Source: Mytilus edulis (Eukaryota). Taken from it: 64,000 nt of DNA. The position numbers were made by a program, and so were the translations under genes. Positions 48,815 through 59,300 of this stretch are shown in pieces. The notes below the pieces were generated by a model that was not told the DNA's origin, made no database searches, and was given only the letters and a program-made list of their open reading frames with translations. The DNA lies in the NCBI RefSeq assembly GCF_963676685.1, contig NC_092350.1, positions 3,038,001 to 3,102,000 of the forward strand, written 5' to 3'. Numbering within the stretch: the first letter of the stretch is position 1; every line of letters begins with the position of its first letter.

Positions 48815-50226
48815 CTGAAATCAAATAAATATTGAGGTTAGAACTATTTTAAAAATACATGTACTAAATCAATCCAATCGTTTTACCTAAAAAGTTGAAT
48901 AATATATAAACAAAATAAAAAGTTTAATAAACATATAAGTTTCTGACTGAATTGTATGCTGCTTTGACTTCTAAAGCTTAGTAAGCTTCTAACGGTCTCC
49001 TTGTCGTGTTTTGTGTTTTCTCGCCTCGTCAAAGTCGCGGAGATGTGTAGTTGTATTACACAATCAATTTTAACGAAAAAGTGTTGTTGTGATCAATCAA
49101 TTTAAACAAAAAAAGTGTTGTTGTGATCAATCAATTTCAATCAGCATGATAGTTGTGTGAAAGGATGAATGAAAGTTTCTGTATGTAAATATGTGTTTGT
49201 TTAGATTTATCTATCTGGTTTAAGAACGACCCAGTGATTGAGTTAAAAAAAATTAATTTTAATTTTGTATAACATTTAGCACGTGTAATTTCAAAGAAGA
49301 ATATTGGACCACGCAATCTCAATGATGATCCTTTGACATTAAAACATTTGTTGTTTCACATGTTAAAGATTGTAATCATACCATTTTAAGGGGAAACACT
49401 TACAATAAGCTAATGCTAGTTGGTGTGTTATTGCACTAGCATTAACATATATCATTATTAGTGTTGTCACTTTGACACATTCCCCATTTCCATTCTCAAT
49501 TTTATCATTATTATGGATTTTATATATCAGTCTCCTTCATCATGGTTCATTGACGTTTGCATATTTACATATTAAAGTTTGTGATCATATGAGGAAATTT
49601 TTTCAAGAGATAAAACAAAAAGTGCAGATAAATCAGTTTAAGAGGAAACCCTATAGTAAGTTAATGATGTATCTAGTTGTATACGTATTTGTATATTATT
49701 TGGTCCTGTACCCTAGGGTAAAGTTTATGGACTTTGAAAAGTTCTATAGTTTACATAAACTCATCATACCAGGCTTAAACTCGTGTAAGAATGATGGCAG
49801 TTTCATTTTACCATTTAATATTAAAACAAAATTCAAGAAAGTCTTCTGTGTTACTTGTTTATTATAAAGAAATACAATTACTATTTATTAAACGGAATAG
49901 AAGTGATAGACAAATGAACATAATTAATAAAATATTAAACGACAAAAAGTACTGATCTGAAAAGTCTCGGGGATTACGGAAAGATAATCCAACTAAAATT
50001 CAACCAAACAAAAACTAATTTCCCAAACCTATCTTTTATTTTTTAATCTTATTTTGTCTGAAAGTCAAATATAATAACGTAATAAGATTTGTTATTATTT
50101 TATTATTGTTTTACTCTTTTTCTACATAACTATTATTATATATAATAAGAAATTGTCTTACACGTAGAGTGTGAAAATAGTTACGAATACCTGATAATTG
50201 ATTGCTTTTAAAAAATTTCAACTCAC

Positions 50227-50281
50227 CGTTTACAAGATATATATGAATCAACAAAAGAGTGATAATAGCCGATGTCTTCAT
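50227..50281 (-). CDS. Cluster gene 5, exon 1: signal peptide MKTSAIITLLLIHIYLVN(G)
   Basis: ATG at 50281, 55-nt exon with the same length and phase as genes 1-4, donor G|GTGAGT. Confidence 0.88.
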
Positions 50282-50333
50282 TATTACTTCCCAAACACCT
50301 TTACGATAATGGTTATCATTTGAACTTTTTTTC

Positions 50334-50530
50334 GTTTTATATCGTCATCTTCGCGCCATCGTATAGTATGACAATGAAATATTTCAATTCAATCAACAGA
50401 CGTATTTCATTGGTCAATGCATCTTAAACGTCAAGTGGTATCATCATTGACTATCATCGTTTTGACAGAGGATAACAACCGTACAAATTGATATATAATT
50501 AGCATGTAAATAATGACATATTTATGATAA
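50334..50530 (-). promoter_or_regulatory. Gene 5 promoter
   Basis: TATAAAAC at 50334-50341(-). ATTGG at ~50409. AAACGTCA at 50426-50433. TTTGACAGA at ~50461. Confidence 0.6.
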
Positions 50531-50932
50531 ATGTACGTATATTTTGTTTTGATCCAATACGTTTTTTACCTGATCATCTCCCACAAGGTATTTTATAGAT
50601 AATGATATATTGTTTTTCTGATAGACCTTTGGTTAACCTTAAAGAAAACTGGGAAATTACCACAAATTTTTAAAATAGCCGTCTTAACTTACATTTATAT
50701 ACAAATTATGTCTTTTCATGTATTGTATAACAAAGTAAATTGAATGGTTGACCAACCGTTTAAGGCACTCCTGTTTTGTCTAGAACTGTTCCACGAAGCC
50801 AATTATAGAAGGAGTGATAGTACTTTTGTCATTCGTTTTTTTTTGTAGAATATATATATATCATATTTAGGTTAAAAGGAAACGTGGAGTTGAATAATAC
50901 CAAAATGTGAATAAAAAGTTGTGCGGTATATA

Positions 50933-51141
50933 TTGTAAATTCAGAATTTATTGCGTGCATTCATTATTGCGATTTTGTCATTTTGGACTTAAGTTTGCAT
51001 GATTTTAGTTTTTGCGGTAAAAAAAAATTCCTATTTAATTCATGTATAAAGTTTAGAAATGCGAGTTTAAATTATTGCAGTTATAACCCTGTTGCATTTT
51101 TCGCAATAATAAAAACATCGAAATCATTTCTGAATTTACAG
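50933..51141. mobile_element. ~210-bp MITE with TA flanks
   Basis: TIR (C/T)TGTAAATTCAGAA / TTCTGAATTTACAG with TA on both sides. Confidence 0.7.
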
Positions 51142-51269
51142 TATCAAAGAGACAATATCCCAGACACAAATAAACTCAATACTTCTGTCTTCAGTAATAG
51201 ACAGGAGTGTGTCTGTGAAATATCATATTTTTTTAATCATCCTGTGTTAATGCAAAAATAAAATGTTAT

Positions 51270-52375
51270 TCATTGGAATGGAAATGAGGAATGTGTCAAA
51301 GAGACAACAACCCGCCCAAATAAAAATCAACAGCAGAGGGTCACCAACAGGTCTTCAATGTAGCGAGAAATTCCCGCACCCGGAGGCGTCCTTCAGCTGG
51401 CCCCTAAACAAATATATACTAGTCCAGTGATAATGAACGCCATACTAATTTCCAAATTGTACACAAGAAACTAAAATTAAAATAATACAAGACTAACAAA
51501 GGCCAGAGGCTCCTGACTTGGGACAGGCGCAAAAATGCGGCGGGGTTAAACATGTTTGTGAGATCTCAACCCTCTCCCTATACCTCTAACCAATGTAGTA
51601 AAGTAAACGCATAACAATACGTACATTAAAATTCAGTTCAAGAGAAATCCGAGTCTGATGTCAGAAGATGTAACCAAAGAAAATAAACAAAATGACAATA
51701 ATACATAAATAACAACAGACTACTAGCAGTTAACTGACATGCCAGCTCCAGACTTCAACTAAACTGACTGAAAGATTATGATTTCATCATATGAACATCA
51801 GGCACAATCCTTCCCGTTAGGGGTTTAGTATCATACCATCATAACATATATGAGAAGAACATAACCCGTGTCATGCCAACAACTGTTTTTAGAATAAATG
51901 TGTTTAGTTCCGATACAAAGACCTTATCAATGCCAAAATATGCAATCTTTAATGACTTGACAACAGTATCGTAATTATATCCCTTCTTAATAAGTCTATT
52001 CAAAGGTTTTGTAAGTTTCTGAGGTGAATACTGACACCTTTGTGCTTTATAAAGAATATTACCATAAAAAATTGGATGTGAAATACCTGAACGTATTAAA
52101 AGTCTGCATGTTGAGCTATATTTACGAATAATGTCTTTATACCGATGATAAAATTTAGTAAATGTTTTGACTAGTTTGTGATATCGAAAACCCTGGTGTA
52201 ATAATTTTTCAGTAATACATAAATTTCTCTCGTTAAAATCTAAAACATTGTTACATACACGAGCGAATCGTACAAGTTGAGATATATAAACACCGTAAGA
52301 TGGTGACAAGGGAACGTCACCATCTAAAAACGGATAATTAACGATAGGAAATGAAAAATCATCCCTTTTATCATA
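51270..52375 (-). mobile_element. 3' fragment of the same Penelope-like family as 41885-43830
   Basis: ORF 51839-52309 reads SPSYGVYISQLVRFARVC...; near-identical to 42700-43830 in inverted orientation. Confidence 0.88.
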
Positions 52376-53309
52376 TAATTCATTTGTGTTTCCTATTTAT
52401 TATATTTTATGATAAATTGGAGTTCATACTTTTGTGTATCGTTATATTTGTACTTGTATAATAAAACAGTATAAAGCTTAACAATAAATACGACTAATTT
52501 GAATCGAGGCATTTTGCAAAATGTAACCTCATCAGAAGAAATAAAAGTATGAAGTGATTTGAAATATGCATTTCTTTGAATGTAATTTTATGAGAAATCG
52601 CAGCAACAGAAACTACCCGTAATGTGGGTATATGAAAGTCAACGAGAGGTAACCCAATTCAAACACGACATTGCTTAAATGCAAGCTCATCGGATTAAAT
52701 AGGAGTATGAAAAAATATGAACAATGCGTTACCTAAATTGTAACTAAATAAAAGGCAACAGTAGTATACCAGTGTTTAAAAGTCATACATCGATTGAGAG
52801 AAAACAAACCGGGCTTCAAACCAAAACCGATGGAAACAAATCATTAAAAAGGAACAACAGGAACACAAAGGTTTAACAACAACAATCGCCAACACTCATT
52901 AAAGCGAACTACTAGATAATAACTACATATTCCTGACTTAGTACATGACATTTTTAGAAAAACAAATGGTGGTTTGAATCTGGTTTAATGGCAGGCCAAA
53001 CATACCACTTTATGACAATGTTAAAATATATCAATAAAATACTATATACATTAATCTGATGTGAATTCAGTAGATGGAATAGGAAATGAAACTAATATAA
53101 TACAAACTATTCAATGTAAGCTAACATAATCGTCATTTTATCTCTGGTGTGAATAGTTGTCTTGTTGGGAATCGCACATATTCTTTTGATATTAAAATAG
53201 TTTATTCGTAAGGAAATGAATAGGTTTGAGAATAAAACCGTTAAGCTCTCTCAAGATTACATGTTTAAGGGTTAAATCATATGTCATCAAGCGTTATTAT
53301 ATTTTAGAG

Positions 53310-53520
53310 AGTAATAAAATTGAGAATGGAAATGGGAAATGTGTCAAAAACTCGACAATACAGCAGACAACAGTCGAAGGCCACCTATGGGTCTTCAGTG
53401 CAGCAAGAAATTCCCGCACCCGAAGGCGTCCTTCAGCTGGCCCCTAAACCAATATGTATACTAGTTCAGTAATAACGGACGTCATACTAAAATCCTAATT
53501 ATACACAAGAAACTAGAATA
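53310..53520 (-). mobile_element. Family B tail fragment
   Basis: Matches 51270-51480 (GAATGGAAATGGG...CTTCAGCTGGCCCCTAAA). Confidence 0.7.
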
Positions 53521-53721
53521 AAAAAGTAAGACTACATTTGCTAAATGCATTCTTCTGATATTCTGATAAAGAATCAATAAGATAAACATTTTAAGAAATT
53601 TCATGCGCTGAAAGGGTTTTTCTTAATTTATCTGCATCAGTTACTTACAAACCTAAGCATTGGAAATCCAATGATGTGTTAATAAGTTGCATCCATAGCA
53701 TAATTCTTAATTTAAAACCAC

Positions 53722-53796
53722 TGGTCTCCTCAAGGATCCGATCCTGTGACCTCTTTGTTTCAAAGCAGCTGCTTTTGCCAACTCGGCTAAAGCAGT
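53722..53796 (-). other. Degenerate tRNA-like sequence (pseudo-tRNA or SINE head)
   Basis: A-box-like TAGCCGAGTTGG and B-box-like GGATCGGATCC with CAGG/CCT T-stem remnants, ending in CCA. The acceptor stem does not pair. Confidence 0.35.
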
Positions 53797-55989
53797 TCTA
53801 CCATAGTTAAATCCGTAACGGCCGGCTATATATCTACTACATACACACTAGCAATGTTTCACAGGTACCATAATCATTGATATTATGGATGAGGGAAAAG
53901 TAATTTTTTTTCAGTACAATAACTTTTATTGAACTTTTTGATATTTTATACCCTTTTATGGATATAATAATCAGATAAATGTAAAGGATTTTAGGGAAAA
54001 ACGAAATCAGAGATTCACTTTAAATAGTTATGACAAAGTTAAAGTAAATAGTTATTTTGTACAGGTATATTACGATGGTAAAGTGATTGCATTCAAAACG
54101 CATTAAATGCATGTTTTTCATTTCTTCCTTTGATTATTAATGACAAATTAATAATCATATTTTTACAGATTATGCACACACCCTACAACCGTAATGACCC
54201 ACAAAAAACTAAATATAAGTACCTTATCTTTAGTTAAAAATCAACAAGTTATCTTTTTAATTCATAGAAAATGAGACAGTCATGTTTGTACATTGTGATT
54301 GTTCTCTCAGATGTACTATAGCTACATGTATGAGATAATTGATAAAAACATAAGGTATTTATTTATGTCGACCTAAGATGTTAAGGAATTAGTTGCTTTG
54401 GATTGCTGTCTCGTTTATCCCGCTCATCATTTTATAGTTTATATATATAGATATATATCGAATTTGACAATAAAGAAACATCTATGTGCTTTTCATAATT
54501 TCAACTTTCGTTTAGTGTATTCATGATATACAAGGGTCGTGCTGATGCAATTACACAACATCTTCAATTGTAACATTGACTATTATTCAGCAATCGTTAG
54601 GTCATATACCTCTTAGCTTATTTGTTCTTATACATCCGTTGCTTTCAAATAATTGGTTTGAGGGCTCCTAATTTAGGAAAAAAATTGAAAAGCGTTTAGT
54701 ACGCATGATCTTATAAAAGAGTTGTGTTCAGTTTATAATTGAAATGGCAGCAATTTAATTTCTCCGTAGCTCATATGGCAGTGCGTCATCTTTACAAATG
54801 TTATCCTTTTATTCTCAAGATGTCATGTAATTTGAAGACATTTCTAGGAATGGTGAGATTTGTGAGAACCAGGAAGCTTGAGTACATTTATAAAAAATTA
54901 TGTTCTGTAACTGATTCTTCAAAATCAACAAGATATTATAATTAAAGAGCTATCATAATCTTACTACAAATAATTTGAATTGTAAAAACTGTAACAAAAA
55001 CAACGATATTTCGGGATACTTTCCTTAAACTTTTTATTATTCGAAAAACACTGCAATCACTTACATGATAATGTAATTTAATTGATACATTCTTATAAAG
55101 AAATGCGTATGAAACCAATGTATGCATTTTAAAGTGACAGAAACACATGTCACAAAGTACAAAAAATATCACATATAGTTGTATCGAATTGGGAAAATAC
55201 ATTTTAGATTTTTTATAATTTGAATAAGTTCAATTTTTTCTGTGTCTGATTTTAAGAACAAAATGTTTTTATTATGTAAACCACAATCGTGACTTTCAAA
55301 TAAATATATTATAAATGACTTCATGTAATAATTCTTTTTCTTTCCTACCACAAACAATTTATCAATATCCCAAGATGGATATGTTATGGTCACCTCAGGG
55401 GTTTCCCCAAAGGTTGGCCTACATATCAGTGTGAAAACAACAGGTGTGCAATTAAACAGCATGTTTATCATCAAAAGTAAAATCACATGGCAAAATCAAA
55501 TGACAAACGAATGGACAAGAACTGTCATATTCCTGACTTGATACAGGCATTTTCAAATGTAAAAATATTGTGGATTAAACCTGGTTTTAAAGCGCTAAAC
55601 CTCTCACTTTGATGACAGTCTCATCAAATTCCGTTATATTAACAATGATGCGTGAACTAAACAGACATAATAGATAAAATAGTCAAAATATTGGTACAGC
55701 AGTCATCATCGTTTAACAATTTTAAAAAGAACACTTTAACACAAAAAACATCTATCTACAAACACATTAGAGTTTATTAAATTTTCTTCAAACTTGTCCG
55801 TAAGGATTAATGCAACCCGAAATTAAGCTACGTGTAACTTGACCTATGTCAATTTTATTTTTCCTGATCGTTCAATAATGCACATTTCTATTCAAGCAAT
55901 AATGATAAACTTATGACATATATTTACCACGGTAAAATTTAACAAAGTCATGACAACTTTTTGGTGAAATATATTTATGGTATTTATAG

Positions 55990-56125
55990 AAAAGAAGATG
56001 TGGTATGATTGACAATGAGACAAATATCCACAAAAAAACAAAATAGGTCACCGTACGACCTTCAACTATTAGCCAAGCCCATACCGCATAGTCAGCTATA
56101 AAAGGCCCCGATAAGACAATGTATA
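55990..56125 (-). mobile_element. Family A repeat fragment with a well-preserved multibranch motif
   Basis: Reverse complement reads GGGGCCTTTTATAGCTGACTATGCGGTATGGGCTTGGCTAATAGTTGAAGGTCGTACGGTGACCTAT...CATACCACATCTTCTT. Confidence 0.7.
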
Positions 56126-56394
56126 TTTCAAGGTTACAGACACTTTTACATAACAGGTTACGTTTCCAAGAGCTATACAGCGGAAGTAGATATACATAAT
56201 GGTGACAATGTATGTTCTTTATATAATCTTCATTGATATAGGAACACTTCTCCTTCAAGGGTAAAAGGTAACAGGTCTATTTCTATATACAAACATACTT
56301 TTAGTTACAAATAGAATTATATCATTATTTAGGAACATTTGTCGTTTTGTTAAAATTATCATTTGACATTAAAAGATCTGTTAAGCCGCTGATT

Positions 56395-59300
56395 ATAGAC
56401 TAGTAGTATCGGAGGTTATCCCCAGAGTATCGAGCCACTTCCTATAACTCCGCATTACACTACTCATACTGCTCATAGACTGGTAGTATCAAAGAGTTCT
56501 TCCAAGATATCTAGCCACTTCCTATAACTCTACATTACACTCCTCGTACTGCTCGTAGACTGGTAGTATCGAAGAGTAATCTCAGAGTATCTAGCCACTT
56601 CCTATAACTCTACTTTTCACTACTCGTACTGCTCATAGACTGGTAGTATCGGAGAGTAATCGTAGAGTATCTAGCCACTTCCTATAACTCTACATTACAC
56701 TACTCATACTGCTCTTAGACTGGTAGTATCGGAGAGTATCCCCATAGTATCTCGTCACTTCCTATAACTCTACATTACACTACTCATACTGCTCATAGAC
56801 TGGTAGTATCGGAGAGTATCCCCATAGTATCTCGTCACTTCCTATAACTCTACATTACACTACTCATACTGCTCATACACTGGTAGTATCGGAGAGTAAT
56901 CCCAGAGTATCTAGCCACTTCCTATAACTCTACTATTCACTACTGATACTGCTCATAGACTGGTAGTATCGGAGAGTATCCCCATAGTATCTCGCGACTT
57001 CTTATAACTCTACATTACACTAATCGTACTGCTCATAGACTGGTAGTATCGGAGAGTATCCCCATAGTATCTCGTCACTTCCTATAACTCTACATTATAC
57101 TACTCATACTGCTCATAGACTGGTAGTATCGGAGAGTATCCCCATAGTATTTCGTCACTTCCTATAACTCTATATTAAACCAATCATACTGCTCATAGAC
57201 TAATAGTATCGGAAAGTATCCCCATAGTATTTCGTCCCTTCCTATAACTCTACATTATACTACTCATACTGCTCATACACTGGTAGTATCGAAGAGTAAT
57301 CTCAGAGTATCTAGCCACTTCCTATAACTCTATTTTTCACTACTCGTACTGCTCGTAGACTGGTAGTATCGGAGAGTAATCCCATAGTATCTCGTCACTT
57401 CCTATAACTCTACATTATACTACTCATACTGCTCATAGACTGGTAGTATCGGAGCGTAGTCCCATAGTATCTCGTCACTTCCTATAACTCTACATTACAC
57501 TAATCGTACTGCTGATAGACTGGTAGTATCGGAGAGTATCCCCATAGTATCTCGCGACTTCCTATAACTCTACATTACACTACTCATACTGCTCATAGAC
57601 TGGTAGTATCGGAGCGTAGTCCCATAGTATCTCGTCACTTCCTATAACTCTACATTACACTACTCATACTGCTCATAGACTGGTAGTATCGGAGAGTAAT
57701 CCCAGAGTATCTAGCCACTTCCTATAACTCTACTTTTCACTACTCGTACTGCTCATAGACTGGTAGTATCGGAGAGTAATCCTAGAGTATCTCGTCACTT
57801 CCTATAACTCTATATTATACTACTCATACTGTTCATAGACTGGTAGTATCGGAGAGTATCCCCATAGTATCTCGTCCCTTCCTATAGCTCTACATTACGT
57901 ATATACACTAATCGTACTGCTCGTAGACTGGTAGTATCGGAGAGTATCCCCATAGTATCTCGTCACTTCCTATAACTCTACATTACACTACTCATACTGC
58001 TCATAGACTGGTAGTATCGGAGTGTAGTCCTAGAGTATGTAGCCACTTCCTATAACTCTACATTACACTACTCATACTGCTCATAGACTGCTGGTATCGG
58101 AGTGTAGTCCTAGAGTATGTAGCCACTTCCTATAACTCTACTTTTCACTACTCGTACTGCTCATAGACTGGTAGTATCGGAGAGTAATCCTAGAGTATCT
58201 AGCCACTTCCTATAACTCTACATTACACTACTCGTACTGCTCATAGACTGGTAGTATCGGAGAGTATCCCCATAGTATCTCGTCACTTCCTATAACTCTA
58301 CATTACACTAATCGTACTGCTCATAGACTGGTAGTATCGGAGAGTATCCCCATAGTATCTCGTCACTTCCTATAACTCTACATTACACTACTCGTACTGC
58401 TCATAGACTGGTAGTATCGGAGAGTATCCCCATAGTATCTCGTCACTTCCTATAACTCTACATTACACTACTCATACTGCTCATAGACTGGTAGTATCGG
58501 AGAGTAATCGTAGAGTATCTAGCCACTTCCTATAACTCTACATTACACTACTCATACTGCTCATAGACTGGTAGTATCGGAGAGTATCCCCATAGTATCT
58601 CGCGACTTCCTATAACTCTACATTACACTACTCATACTGCTCATAGACTGGTAGTATCGGAGAGTATCCCCATAGTATCTCGCCACTTCCTATAACTCTA
58701 CATTTCACTACTCATACTGCTCATAGACTGGTAGTATCGGAGAGTATCCCCATAGTATCTCGCGACTTCCTATAACTCTACATTACACTACTCGTACTGC
58801 TCATAGACTAGTAGTATCGGAGAGTATCCCCATAGTATCTCGTCACTTCCTATAACTCTACATTACACTACTCATACTGCTCATAGACTGGTAGTATCGG
58901 AGAGTAATCGTAGAGTATCTAGCCACTTCCTATAACTCTACATTACACTACTCATACTGCTCATAGACTGGTAGTATCGGAGAGTATCCCCATAGTATCT
59001 CGCGACTTCCTATAACTCTACATTACACTACTCATACTGCTCATAGACTGGTAGTATCGGAGAGTAATCGTAGAGTATCTAGCCACTTCCTATAACTCTA
59101 CATTACACTACTCATACTGCTCATAGACTGGTAGTATCGGAGAGTAATCGTAGAGTATCTCGCCACTTCCTATAATTCTACATTACACTAATCGTACTGC
59201 TCATAGACTTGTAGTATCGGAAAGTATCCCCATAGTATCTGGCCACTTCCTATAGCTCTACATTACGTATATACACTAATCGTACTGCTCATAGACTGGT

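Noticed and set aside
45888-56258. Assorted 60-135-aa ORFs in AT-rich DNA (e.g. 45888-46292, 49472-49867, 55169-55486, 55911-56258)
   Set aside because: Composition is biased to F/I/L/K/Y as expected for random AT-rich sequence, many starts are non-ATG, and several overlap repeats.
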